From contig DATFWH010000128.1 of assembly GCA_035259465.1 (NCBI GenBank), positions 1 through 27,747 of the forward strand: a stretch of DNA of 27,747 bases. The letters run 5' to 3'. Shown here piece by piece: positions 6,454 through 15,260 of this stretch; the stretch's first letter is position 1, and the number at the start of each line of letters is the position of its first letter. The position numbers and the translations under genes are program-made. The notes beneath the pieces were generated by a model. It ran no database searches, was not told where the DNA came from, and was given only the letters and a program-made list of their open reading frames with translations. The DNA is from Candidatus Binatia bacterium (GTDB taxonomy: Bacteria; Desulfobacterota; Binatia; UBA9968).

Positions 6454-7002
6454 TCACCGGTAACCGCCCGGATCCTTCGCCTCGCGCGGGAAATAGCCGC
6501 CGAGGCGGTGATAGCCCTTCAAATAAATGATCTGGCCTTCGTTCGTCATCGCGTTCTCCAACACGCTGACCAGGCGGACGGCGACGGTCGGAAGCGGCTG
6601 AAACCGCGGCTCGTCGAGTTCTCGCGCAAGCTCGTCGGCGGTAACGGTTTTTAAATACGATTTTGTCCGATCGTACACGGCATCGTGATACGCAAGCAGC
6701 GATTTTGCCGGCACGCGGAACGCGCGCACTTGTTCGCGCGTATGCGTGTGCGAGCGGCCGTAATCGGCGGGCTCGGGCGGCATGCCGAAACGCGCCGCCC
6801 ATCCGTCCGCGATCCAGAGCTGCTCGCGGCCGGACAACTGCGCTACATTGCTGTCCATCACGCGGGTTAGGCGCCAGGCGAGCCAGCCGATCGAAGGATG
6901 CGGCTCGCGCGCGAGCTCGTCTTCGTCGAGGTCTGCCAGCGTGCGATGCAGCGATTCGTAAACGCGCGCGAAGGCGTCGAGCAAAATATCGTTGGCGATC
7001 AT
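6454..7002 (-). CDS. DinB/YfiT (mycothiol S-transferase-like) superfamily protein
   Basis: ATG 7002 with SD AAAGGA; SIGWLAWRLTR, QLWIADGW..RFG, LLAYHDAV, VAVRLVSVL..GQIIYLKG resemble DinB_2 proteins. Confidence 0.75.
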   Translation of the reverse strand: MIANDILLDAFARVYESLHRTLADLDEDELAREPHPSIGWLAWRLTRVMDSNVAQLSGREQLWIADGWAARFGMPPEPADYGRSHTHTREQVRAFRVPAKSLLAYHDAVYDRTKSYLKTVTADELARELDEPRFQPLPTVAVRLVSVLENAMTNEGQIIYLKGYHRLGGYFPREAKDPGGYR

Positions 7003-7160
7003 TTTCGATTCCTTTCCGGCGCGTTCGGCGCGCCGAGCAGAGATTTTCCAATCGTTCATACACCTTATCAACCTATTTTGCAGGGCGATGGTTGATCCAC
7101 TATCCGTTAAATGTTACGCCTAGCCGACACGAGAATTTTGATCGTCCGGAAAAATTCGCC

Positions 7161-8159
7161 ATGAAAATCGACATCGAGTTCAACTCCGGCGCGCAGCTGC
7201 CGATGGACGCGATTCCGGAGCTCGCGCGCCTGGCGGAAGCGAACGGTTTCGACTGCGCCTGGGGCGGTGAGGCGAACAACAAAGATCCGACGGTGATGCT
7301 CTCCGCTGTCGCGGCGGTAACGAAGACGCTCAAGATCGGCTCGGCGGTTTATCACATCCTCGGGCGCACGCCCGCGACGCTGGCGCTGCAGACGGTCGGG
7401 TTGGATGAGCTGTCGCAAGGGCGCTTCCTGCTCGGCCTCGGGGTTTCCAACCCGACGATCGCCGGCTGGCACGGCCTTCCGTCTGACCGGCCGCTCGCGC
7501 GCGTGAAGGAATATTTGGAGATCGTCCGGCGCGCGATGGCCGGCGAGAAGCTGGACTTCGGCGGCGAGTTTTATTCCGCCCGCGGCTTCAAGATGGCGTT
7601 CAAGCCTTCGAGCAGGAAGATTCCGATCTACCTCGCGGCCTTCGGCCCGATGATGACAAAGCTCGCCGGCAAGCTCACCGACGGCGTGCTGATCAATATG
7701 GCGAATCCGCCGGAAATCCGGCGCATCGCCGAGCAGGTGAGGGAAGGCGCCAAGGAGGCGGGAAAGAATCCCGCCGCAATGGAGATCATCTGTAAGGTGC
7801 GATGCTCGGTCGCGTCCGACCGCGCGCAGGCGCGCGAGGCGCTGAGCCACGCGATCACCTATTACACGCTGGCCGACTACTATCGCGATCTCTTGACGCG
7901 CATGGGTTTCGGCGAGGAAGTCGAGGCGATGCGCGCGGCATGGAAATCCGGCGGTTTTCACGCGGCGCGGCGGCTGATCACGGATCGCCTTTTCGAAGGG
8001 CTGCCGATGGCGGCGGCGACTTCTATCGGCGAAGTCCGCGAGAAGCTCAAGCCCTACGAGGAGGCCGGCGCGACGCGCATGATCCTCCCTTACGTCGCTC
8101 AGTCGGACGACGTAGTCGGCGAATTAAAAAATTTCATCCTCGCCTGGGGCCGCGGCTAA
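7161..8159 (+). CDS. Luciferase-like monooxygenase (LLM) class flavin/F420-dependent oxidoreductase
   Basis: Real start inside the 6663 ORF at MKIDIEF. AEANGFDCAWGGE, RTPATLA, SQGRFLLGLG, IPIYLAAFGP, LAGKLTDGV are LLM motifs; cofactor not determinable by eye. Confidence 0.9.
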   Translation: MKIDIEFNSGAQLPMDAIPELARLAEANGFDCAWGGEANNKDPTVMLSAVAAVTKTLKIGSAVYHILGRTPATLALQTVGLDELSQGRFLLGLGVSNPTIAGWHGLPSDRPLARVKEYLEIVRRAMAGEKLDFGGEFYSARGFKMAFKPSSRKIPIYLAAFGPMMTKLAGKLTDGVLINMANPPEIRRIAEQVREGAKEAGKNPAAMEIICKVRCSVASDRAQAREALSHAITYYTLADYYRDLLTRMGFGEEVEAMRAAWKSGGFHAARRLITDRLFEGLPMAAATSIGEVREKLKPYEEAGATRMILPYVAQSDDVVGELKNFILAWGRG

Positions 8160-8171
8160 GAAGGAGGGAAG

Positions 8172-8573
8172 ATGTCTTTCGAGCTTTTGAATCCTACAGG
8201 GCTGGAGCGGCCCGTCGGCTACGCACACGTGGCCAGAGTGAACTCGGGCAAAACGGTCTATATCGCCGGCCAGGCGCCTTTCGACGCGACCGGCGCGGTC
8301 GTCGGAAAAGGCGATTTCGTCGCTCAATGGCGGCAGGTCATGGGCAACCTCAAACTGGCGGTTGAAGGGGCAGGGGGCAGGCCCAACCAGATCGCCGTGC
8401 TGACCATGTACGTGACCGACCTTCCGGCCTACCTGGCCGCCAAAAAGGAGATCGCGGTCAGCTATCGAGAGGTCTTCGGCAAGTACTTCCCTGCGATCAC
8501 CCTGGTAGAGGTTAAGGGCCTCTACAATCCGGACGCCATGATCGAGATTGCGGCGATTGCCGTCATCGACTAA
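8172..8573 (+). CDS. RidA/YjgF/YER057c family protein
   Basis: YAHVARV, VYIAGQ, FPAITLVEVKGL, IEIAAIA; SD AAGGAGG. The canonical 'P.R' Arg is replaced (PAIT), so probably a non-deaminase subfamily. Confidence 0.88.
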   Translation: MSFELLNPTGLERPVGYAHVARVNSGKTVYIAGQAPFDATGAVVGKGDFVAQWRQVMGNLKLAVEGAGGRPNQIAVLTMYVTDLPAYLAAKKEIAVSYREVFGKYFPAITLVEVKGLYNPDAMIEIAAIAVID

Positions 8574-8607
8574 GCCCCGACGCCCCGTCCTTTGCCTCGT
8601 TCCGAAC

Positions 8608-8677
8608 AGTAATTTTGTACCAAATTGCGGCAATTACTAACCGAATTTGGCGCTGAATTACCTGCATTTTCAGCGCC
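8608..8677. promoter_or_regulatory. Candidate upstream activator sequences (inverted repeats) for a sigma54 promoter
   Basis: AGTAATT-N17-AATTACT (8608-8638), AATTGC-G-GCAATT (8623-8635), perfect GGCGCTGAA-N11-TTCAGCGCC (8649-8677); no U-tract follows. Confidence 0.45.
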
Positions 8678-8688
8678 TATCCTTGGGA

Positions 8689-8701
8689 AATCAACTATTT
8701 A
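8689..8701 (+). promoter_or_regulatory. IHF binding site
   Basis: AATCAACTATTTA is an exact match to WATCAANNNNTTR, just upstream of the -24 element. Confidence 0.6.
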
Positions 8702-8707
8702 TATGCG

Positions 8708-8723
8708 TGGCATATCGCTTGCT
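8708..8723 (+). promoter_or_regulatory. sigma54 (-24/-12) promoter
   Basis: TGGCAT-ATCGC-TTGCT; GG 8709-8710 and GC 8721-8722 are separated by exactly 10 nt (consensus TGGCAC-N5-TTGCW). Confidence 0.75.
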
Positions 8724-8736
8724 GTGTTTTCCGGCC

Positions 8737-8940
8737 ATGAGCCAACTCGAAGTTCTAAGAGAAACGGCGGGGATGCAGGGTTTCGACTATCCCACCCTCG
8801 AGGAGATCGTCACTTTGTGGCGCTCATATCAGGCCACAGGCGGCCTTCAGCCGGAAGAGGCGTGGGATGCTATCGCGGCGAGCCTCGCTCTGGACATGGC
8901 CTTTTCCGGTCACGTCCGCGCGAAGTTTTCTGAGCATTAA
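8737..8940 (+). CDS. Small hypothetical protein (67 aa; alternative start ATG 8773)
   Basis: MSQLEVLRETAGMQGFDYPTLEEIVTLWRSYQATGGLQPEEAWDAIAASLALDMAFSGHVRAKFSEH fills the gap behind the sigma54 promoter; the upstream extension to 8647 overlaps the promoter elements and was discarded. Confidence 0.55.
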   Translation: MSQLEVLRETAGMQGFDYPTLEEIVTLWRSYQATGGLQPEEAWDAIAASLALDMAFSGHVRAKFSEH

Positions 8941-8958
8941 AAGGCGGCTACCTCGATT

Positions 8959-9951
8959 TTAAGGGTTGTAAACCTTTCCTATAAAGCCGCTCTTGTCCAG
9001 CTCCCGCACGATACTCTCGTCCACTATATCTTCGAATTTTAGGTTAGCGCCGGGTTTCCGCGCAGCCTCCTGGATCTGGGCTTCCATTCCCGGACGCGTG
9101 ACCAGAGGCACGCGCTCGTAGAGCTTCGCCATCGCCTGCCACGAATCCTCTAGATAGCCTTCATTGTCCTGCCGGCTGTATTTGGCGACGATCTTTTTCG
9201 TCTCGTCTTTGCGCGTCTTGAAGAAATGCGTGGCATCGATGAGCGCCATCACGATGCGGCGAACGGTCTCGCGCTGCGCCGTCAAAAAGGGACGCGTCGT
9301 GTTGGCGCAGATGTAGGGAAAATCGAAGCGCTTGGGCAAATCGGCCGTACTGATCAGCACCTTGTGCGGCATGCCTTGCGCGAGCTTGACGACACCGGGA
9401 GGCGACGGAAAACCGACGATACGGCCGCCGCGGAAAGCCGCCGCCCGCTCTCCCGGTCCGCCGACTTGAATGATCGGCACGTCCTTCACCGGCGTCAGAC
9501 CCAAACCGCGTATCAAGACGTGGGCGGCGGTATCGGAGGCGCTCCCGATTCGGCTGATGCCGATGCTCTTGCCGCGGAGGTCTTCCGCGGTGCGGACCGA
9601 TTCCTGGACGACCAATTCGTACGGAAGCGTATTGATATAGCAGGCGACCATGACCAGACCGACGCCCCCGATGACCGCGCTCGCGACCGCGTTGCCGGCG
9701 GCGTTGCCGACTTTTACATCGCCGGCGATGATGCTGGTCACGCTGATCGGCGTGCTTTGGATGAACACAAGGTCGGTGTCAACGCCGTATTTCTTATAGA
9801 GGCCGCGGTCTTGGGCGATGAAATAGACGGCGTTCGTCGCATCGGCGGAGCTGTAGGATATCCTTATCTTTTCCTGGGCGACGGCGTTTACCGCGACGGT
9901 CAAAACGGTGAGCGCGACGAGCGCGGACGCGGTCATAATGCGGTTCGGCAT
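8959..9951 (-). CDS. ABC transporter substrate-binding protein, NMT1/THI5-like (stand-alone)
   Basis: ATG 9951 with SD GAAGGAG; signal peptide; AQDRGLYKKYGVD, DLRGKSIGISRIGSASD; no permease or ATPase adjacent. Confidence 0.9.
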   Translation of the reverse strand: MPNRIMTASALVALTVLTVAVNAVAQEKIRISYSSADATNAVYFIAQDRGLYKKYGVDTDLVFIQSTPISVTSIIAGDVKVGNAAGNAVASAVIGGVGLVMVACYINTLPYELVVQESVRTAEDLRGKSIGISRIGSASDTAAHVLIRGLGLTPVKDVPIIQVGGPGERAAAFRGGRIVGFPSPPGVVKLAQGMPHKVLISTADLPKRFDFPYICANTTRPFLTAQRETVRRIVMALIDATHFFKTRKDETKKIVAKYSRQDNEGYLEDSWQAMAKLYERVPLVTRPGMEAQIQEAARKPGANLKFEDIVDESIVRELDKSGFIGKVYNP

Positions 9952-9979
9952 TTGGCTCGCTCCTTCGAAGGCTAAAAAC

Positions 9980-10465
9980 TTAGGTCTGTTGCGCTTGAGG
10001 ATCGGCGCGGGCGATGAGGTCATTGAGGATTCGTACGTGGTGGCTTTGCATCTGCACGACCTGCTGCAGCAGCTCGGCGGTGTCCGGCGCTTTTTCGTTC
10101 AGCCGCGCAGCACGCGCCAAAAAGCGCATCTCCAGCACGCCGTGGGCGTTCAAATCGCGCCCCATGCGCTCCCAGTGGTTTCCGCCGGATTCGATTTCTG
10201 ACGTGGTTTCGTACAGTGTTCCGCCCATGGCCTCTAGCTTATTGCGGAGCGCTTTCGCCGCCGACTGCTTCTCTTCGGCGATCCGGCGGAGCGTCTGAGC
10301 GACTCCCGGATAAGGCGCGCGCGCCGCGTGGTCAGATATCTGTGCGGCCAGGCGGCTTAACTCGCGGTAGCTTTCTTTCAAGATGTCGATGGGATCGTTG
10401 GACTCGCGATGGCCGTTGGCGTCCGGCCACAAGATGAGCTCGATTTTTTTAAGCAGTCCCGGCAA
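9980..10465 (-). CDS. Ferritin-like four-helix protein, hypothetical
   Basis: TTG start after SD AGGAG; helical pattern 'ILKESYRE', 'LRRIAEEKQSAAKAL..KLEAMGG', 'LLQQVVQMQSHHVRIL' resembles the ferritin/rubrerythrin-like superfamily. Confidence 0.6.
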   Translation of the reverse strand: MPGLLKKIELILWPDANGHRESNDPIDILKESYRELSRLAAQISDHAARAPYPGVAQTLRRIAEEKQSAAKALRNKLEAMGGTLYETTSEIESGGNHWERMGRDLNAHGVLEMRFLARAARLNEKAPDTAELLQQVVQMQSHHVRILNDLIARADPQAQQT

Positions 10466-10486
10466 TGCGTGGTCTCCTGTGCGCAG

Positions 10487-10515
10487 AACATAAGAGGCAC
10501 ACTCCGGCTTGTCAA
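10487..10515 (-). promoter_or_regulatory. sigma70 promoter for the ferritin-like gene
   Basis: TTGACA (10515-10510), 17-nt spacer, TATGTT (10492-10487). Confidence 0.7.
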
Positions 10516-10583
10516 GGCTCGGTCCACCGTTTGACTATGGCGGCGAAATCTGGTGAATTTATAGGCTGATCGGAGGTATTCGC

Positions 10584-10799
10584 ATGGCCCGTATTACCGT
10601 CGAAGATTGTCTACAGAAGGTTCACAGCCGCTTCGAGTTGGTGATACTCGCCGCGCAACGCGCGCGGCAGCTCTTCAAAGGGGCCAAGCCTCTGATCGAA
10701 TCGGACAACCGCGAGGTGGTCGTCGCCTTGCGCGAGATCGCCGAAGGCAAAGTTAAAAAACTCGAAAAGTCGCTCGTCCCCAGCGGACGAGCCGCCTGA
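10584..10799 (+). CDS. rpoZ: RNA polymerase omega subunit
   Basis: [10 protein letters not shown]...[16 protein letters not shown]...[10 protein letters not shown]; SD GGAGG. Confidence 0.97.
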   Translation: MARITVEDCLQKVHSRFELVILAAQRARQLFKGAKPLIESDNREVVVALREIAEGKVKKLEKSLVPSGRAA

Positions 10800-10826
10800 G
10801 CGATCCAATCTCCGATTTTCGCAAAC

Positions 10827-10855
10827 TTGCCAGACATACCGATCCGCGGTAAAAT
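10827..10855 (+). promoter_or_regulatory. sigma70 promoter for rpoH
   Basis: TTGCCA (10827-10832), 17-nt spacer, TAAAAT (10850-10855). Confidence 0.7.
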
Positions 10856-10916
10856 TTTCTAACCACACGTGTCTTGTGGTGCTGCGGCGGCCATTTGTCC
10901 GTCGTCGAGAACTATC

Positions 10917-11885
10917 ATGGCCAAGCAAGACGATAACCGCAAAGATATTCCGCTTTCCGAAGCGATCGATATCAGCAAACAGGCCGGCGCGAGAACCGAC
11001 GACAATTCCTCGGCGAACGCGCTGGTTCCTTCCGATACGCTGCAGCGTTATCTCGCCGAAATCCGGCGCTATCCGCTGCTCAGCCGCGAGGAGGAGCACA
11101 AGCTCGCGGTCGAATACAAGGAGCAAGGAAGCGTCCAGGCGGCCTATAAGCTCGTCACGGCGAACCTCAGGCTCGTCGTGATGATCGCGCGCGAGTATCA
11201 GCGCGCGTTTCGCAATCTTCTGGATCTCATCCAGGAGGGAAACATCGGCCTGATGGAGGCCGTCAAGAACTTCGACCCGTATCGCGGCGTCCGCTTCCCT
11301 TCGTATGCCGTCTGGTGGATTCGCGCCTATATCATCCGCTATCTCATCAACGACTGGCGCATGGTCAAGATCGGCACGACCCAGGCGCAGCGCAAGCTCT
11401 TCTTCAATCTTCAGAAGGAGAAGGAAAGACTCGAGGCAGAAGGCTTCACTCCCGGGCCGAAGCTCCTTGCCGAGCGGCTCAACGTCAAAGAGGGTGAAGT
11501 CATCGAGATGGAGCAGCGGCTTGCCAACCGCGACCTCTCGACCGATGTGCCGATCGGCGAGGACGGCGAGGCCACGCTCTTGAGCTTTCTGCCGGACAAC
11601 AGCGCAAATCCGGAGGAGAGCGTCGCGAACGCGGAATACCGCCAGGTGGTGGGCGAGAAGATCGAGCAGTTCGCGAGCGGTCTCAAGGACAAGGACTTGG
11701 TCATTTTCCGCGAGCGTCTCCTCAACGAAGAGCCGCTCACGCTGCGCGAGATCGGCGAGCGTTACGGCATCAGCCGCGAGCGCGTGCGGCAGATCGAAGA
11801 GCGCCTGAAAAAACGTTTGAAAGAGTATCTCAGCAAAGAGTTGAAGGACGTCAAAGACGTCGTCGTCGACGATCCAGGCACTTGA
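10917..11885 (+). CDS. rpoH: RNA polymerase sigma-32 (RpoH) family factor
   Basis: LVTANLRLVV, DLIQEGNIGLMEAVKNFDP, YAVWWIRA, RpoH box QRKLFFNL, region 4 GISRERVRQIE. Confidence 0.93.
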   Translation: MAKQDDNRKDIPLSEAIDISKQAGARTDDNSSANALVPSDTLQRYLAEIRRYPLLSREEEHKLAVEYKEQGSVQAAYKLVTANLRLVVMIAREYQRAFRNLLDLIQEGNIGLMEAVKNFDPYRGVRFPSYAVWWIRAYIIRYLINDWRMVKIGTTQAQRKLFFNLQKEKERLEAEGFTPGPKLLAERLNVKEGEVIEMEQRLANRDLSTDVPIGEDGEATLLSFLPDNSANPEESVANAEYRQVVGEKIEQFASGLKDKDLVIFRERLLNEEPLTLREIGERYGISRERVRQIEERLKKRLKEYLSKELKDVKDVVVDDPGT

Positions 11886-11969
11886 TATCGCCCGCCGCGC
11901 AGCGCTCTGCTTGCGCGCTCCATACGTATTTGATAGCTAGGTAAAAATTACTTCCGGAGGAACATTCGC

Positions 11970-12419
11970 TTGCGTTTCGAACGCGAAATCGAGATTCACA
12001 GTCCGAAAGAAAAAGTGTGGCGTTTTCTCTGGGACGTCGATCGTTTCATCGCCTGCGTTCCTGGCTGCAAGGAGGCGGGCACGGTCGAGCCCGGAAAACA
12101 TTACACCGCGACGATGGTGGAAAAGGTGGGGCCGTTCCGCGTCGAGTTCCCCATGAACATCGACGTTATGGAAAGCCGCGAGCTCTCCTACATCAAAGCG
12201 GTAGCGAGCGGCAGCGACAGCAAGATCGGCAGCCGCATGAAAGTCGAGCTCGAGGTGACGCTCGCCGGCGACGGCGATCGGACGAAGCTCGGACTGGCGG
12301 CCAACGTCGACATTCTCGGCAAGCTCGCCACGCTCGGCCACAGCATGATCAAGCGCAAGGCCGACCAGGTGATGGATCAGTTCGCCGGCAATCTCAAGCA
12401 GAAGCTCGAGGCCGCCTAG
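11970..12419 (+). CDS. CoxG/SRPBCC family accessory protein
   Basis: TTG start after GGAGG; 'KVWRFLWD..RFIACVPGC', 'KVGP', 'GKLATLGHSMIKRKADQVMDQFA.NLK' typical of CoxG. Confidence 0.85.
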   Translation: MRFEREIEIHSPKEKVWRFLWDVDRFIACVPGCKEAGTVEPGKHYTATMVEKVGPFRVEFPMNIDVMESRELSYIKAVASGSDSKIGSRMKVELEVTLAGDGDRTKLGLAANVDILGKLATLGHSMIKRKADQVMDQFAGNLKQKLEAA

Positions 12420-13280
12420 ATGCTCAGACGCTTCCGCCTCGAAGAGCCGGAGACGATTCCGGAAGCTTCCGCATTGCTCGCGCGCCACGGCGAAAGCGCC
12501 CGCATCTACGCCGGCGGCACGGAGCTGCTGCTCGTGATGAAAGAAGGCCTCGCGCGCTACGAGCGGCTCGTCAACGTCAAAAAAATTCCCGGTCTCGATC
12601 TGATTAAGCTCGATAACGGCTCGATTTCCCTCGGCGCGCTCGCGACGCACCGCCGCTTGACCGTCGACGCGCTGCTGCAGCAGCATCTCCCGTCCCTGGT
12701 GGCGCTGGAGAAAAACGTCGCGAACATTCGCGTGCGCGAAGTCGGCACGATCGGCGGCAACTTATGCTTCGCCGAGCCGCACGCCGATCCCGGCACGCTG
12801 CTGCTCGCGCTCGGCGCGTCCGTCGTCGCCGCGAAAGGCAACGGCCGGCGCGAAATCCCGATCGACCGGTTTTTTGTCGACGCGTACGAGAATTCCCTCG
12901 CGGAAGACGAGCTGCTCGCGGAGATCCGCGTTCCGCGGATGCCGGCGCGCTCGGCCGCTGCTTATTTGAAGTTCGGCTATCTTGAGCGTCCGAGCGTCGG
13001 CGTCGCCGTTTTCCTGGAATGCGACGGCAAGGCGGTCCGGCAGGCCCGCGTCGCGGTCGGCTGCGCCGGGCCGACGCCGCGCAGGATCGCCGGAGCGGAA
13101 GATCTTTTACGCGGTAAATCGCTCGACGAAGCTTCGCGGCGCCTCGACGAGGCCGGCGCCCTAGCCGGGCGCGAGAGCGACGCGATCGGCGATCTCCACG
13201 GCTCCAAAGAATACAAAGAACATATCGTCGGCGTCTTGCTTAAGCGCGCATTCGCGCAGGCGGCGGAGCAGTGCCGGTGA
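12420..13280 (+). CDS. Xanthine/CO dehydrogenase family FAD-binding medium subunit (CoxM/CutM-like)
   Basis: AGGTELL, IRVREVGTIGGNL, AEPHADP, DAIGDLHGSKEYK; abuts coxG (TAG then ATG). Confidence 0.92.
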   Translation: MLRRFRLEEPETIPEASALLARHGESARIYAGGTELLLVMKEGLARYERLVNVKKIPGLDLIKLDNGSISLGALATHRRLTVDALLQQHLPSLVALEKNVANIRVREVGTIGGNLCFAEPHADPGTLLLALGASVVAAKGNGRREIPIDRFFVDAYENSLAEDELLAEIRVPRMPARSAAAYLKFGYLERPSVGVAVFLECDGKAVRQARVAVGCAGPTPRRIAGAEDLLRGKSLDEASRRLDEAGALAGRESDAIGDLHGSKEYKEHIVGVLLKRAFAQAAEQCR

Positions 13281-13293
13281 CGAGAGGGGATGC

Positions 13294-13806
13294 ATGGCGA
13301 GCTTGACGAACCGGCCGCGCGACGCTCAGACGATTCCCGTTTCTTTGGATGTCAACGGCAAGATTTACGAGCTGGAGATAGAGCCGCACGAGCTTCTGCT
13401 CGATGTGGTGCGCGAGCGGCTCGGGCTTACGGGCGTCAAGCGCTCATGCGACGTGGAAGTCTGCGGGGCGTGCACGCTGCTGATCGATGGCCGTCCGGTC
13501 AGCTCCTGTACGCTGCCGGCGTTTGAGGCCAGAGGCAAGCGCGTCGAGACGATCGAAGGCCTCGCCACAGGCGGCAAGCTTCACCCGCTGCAGGAGTCCT
13601 TTATCGAGCACGGCGGATTTCAGTGCGGTTTTTGCACCCCGGGAATGATTCTTGCGGCGAAGGCGCTGTTGGCGGAGAACTCCAACCCCACGGACGAAGA
13701 GATCAAGCACTTCATGCACGGCAACATCTGCCGCTGCACCGGCTATAAGAAGATTATCGAATCGATTCACGCCGCCGCCGACAAGATGCGGCCGCGGCGC
13801 TCTTAG
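13294..13806 (+). CDS. Xanthine/CO dehydrogenase family (2Fe-2S) small subunit (CoxS/CutS-like)
   Basis: SCDVEVCGAC...SSC and QCGFCTPG...NICRCTGY cluster motifs. Confidence 0.93.
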   Translation: MASLTNRPRDAQTIPVSLDVNGKIYELEIEPHELLLDVVRERLGLTGVKRSCDVEVCGACTLLIDGRPVSSCTLPAFEARGKRVETIEGLATGGKLHPLQESFIEHGGFQCGFCTPGMILAAKALLAENSNPTDEEIKHFMHGNICRCTGYKKIIESIHAAADKMRPRRS

Positions 13807-15224
13807 CTATCGATCCCGTATTCTTTCCAACGAGCCGCGACGCGTTCCAAATGGTCCTTCGGCGGGAGCGCGATCGCCGGATAGTCGTGCTTGCGCGTCG
13901 CGTCGATCGCGAGCCGCGCGCCGACGTCTCTGACGGGATCGTGCTGCGGCACCTGCTTCGGGGCTTGCGAAGGATCGAGGCCGACCGATTGCGTGTCGCG
14001 CTCGATATAAACGTCTTTGTCGGGCCGGACGTGCCAGCTGAGCGCCCAGTCGACGTCGAAATCGTCCCAGATGTCGATATCCTCGTCGACCACGACGGTG
14101 ACCTTGCCGAAGCCGGTGCGGAGCGACCAGATGCCGTACATGAGCTGTTTCACCTGCCCGTTAAACTGCTTTTTCAGCGACACGACGACGTAAGCGCCGC
14201 TGCCGCCGGCCTCTTTCATGCGCACGTCCTTGATCGGGAGGCGGAGGTTATACTTCAGATGCTTGAACAGCGGCCACTCGCGTCCCACGCCGCGGATGCA
14301 GCTCGATTCCGAGGGCGGCCGCTGGCTGATGAACGCTTGGTAGACGGGATTATTGCGGAACGTCATGCATTTGATATTGAAGACCGGTCCTTTTCCCGCG
14401 GGACCCATGTAGCCGGTATACTCGCCGAACGGCCCTTCCATCTCGGTGAAGTTCGCGGGAATCTCGCCTTCGAGGACAATCTCGGCTGTCGCCGGAACTT
14501 CGAGCGGCACCGTCTCGCACGGCACCAGCTCGACCGGCGCGCCGCGCAGCGCGCCGGCGACGGCGAACTCGTCCAGCTCTTCGGAGATCTTTGACACGGA
14601 TACGTAGCCGATGCTCGGATCGGCGCCGATTACGACCGCGACCGGCATCGGCAGGTTGCGCTCGTCGTGCTTGCGCAGGTGCCATGACGCGTCCTGACGC
14701 TTGCCGAAAAGAAATCCCGTCTTGTTCGGCCCCTTCACCTGCATGCGATACGTGCCGACATTGCGTATGCCGGTATCGGGATCTTTGGTGATGACGTAGG
14801 GCGAAGTGAAAAATGGTCCCGGGTCCTCGCCGACGGTCCAGACGGGCACCGGCAGCTTCCGAATATCGACCTGATTGCAGTGGAGGATGTTTTCTTTGCA
14901 CGGCCCGGTTTTCACCATGACCGGCGGAATCTGCTTCTCCAACGCATCGTCCCATTTGCGGTTGATGCCTTCGACGGATTCGGTTTCCAAGCCGATGGCG
15001 TAAATCTCGCGCGATGCGCCGAGCACGCCGGCGGCGATCGGCGTATCGAAGCCCTTGACGTTCTCGAACATCAACGCGGGCCGCCGCTCGGGCGGTATTT
15101 TATAAAATGTCTGGCGGCAGACGGCGGCGACTTCCCAGTCCTTGTCGACTTCCTTGCTGATTCTCTTGAGCTTGCCTCGCTCTTCGAGCGCGGCCAGATA
15201 GGCCCTTAGGTCGCGGTATGCCAT
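13803..15224 (-). CDS. UbiD-family prFMN-dependent (de)carboxylase
   Basis: DLRAYLAALEERG, NVGTYRMQV, EIVLEGEI, EGPFGEYTGY, VVVDEDID; SD AAGGGAG. Stop overlaps the coxS-like stop by 4 nt (convergent). Confidence 0.93.
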   Translation of the reverse strand: MAYRDLRAYLAALEERGKLKRISKEVDKDWEVAAVCRQTFYKIPPERRPALMFENVKGFDTPIAAGVLGASREIYAIGLETESVEGINRKWDDALEKQIPPVMVKTGPCKENILHCNQVDIRKLPVPVWTVGEDPGPFFTSPYVITKDPDTGIRNVGTYRMQVKGPNKTGFLFGKRQDASWHLRKHDERNLPMPVAVVIGADPSIGYVSVSKISEELDEFAVAGALRGAPVELVPCETVPLEVPATAEIVLEGEIPANFTEMEGPFGEYTGYMGPAGKGPVFNIKCMTFRNNPVYQAFISQRPPSESSCIRGVGREWPLFKHLKYNLRLPIKDVRMKEAGGSGAYVVVSLKKQFNGQVKQLMYGIWSLRTGFGKVTVVVDEDIDIWDDFDVDWALSWHVRPDKDVYIERDTQSVGLDPSQAPKQVPQHDPVRDVGARLAIDATRKHDYPAIALPPKDHLERVAARWKEYGIDS

Positions 15225-15260
15225 GACTTGCTCCCTTACGGTTAGTGAGGTGTGTCAATT

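Noticed and set aside
6663-7160. 166-aa Arg-rich N-terminal extension of the LLM ORF
   Set aside because: Overlaps the antisense DinB gene; the LLM fold starts at 7161.
10862-10880. ACCACA/TGTGGT hairpin in the rpoH 5' UTR as an RNA thermometer
   Set aside because: 6-bp stem ~35 nt from the start that does not cover the ribosome-binding region; no fourU or ROSE motif.
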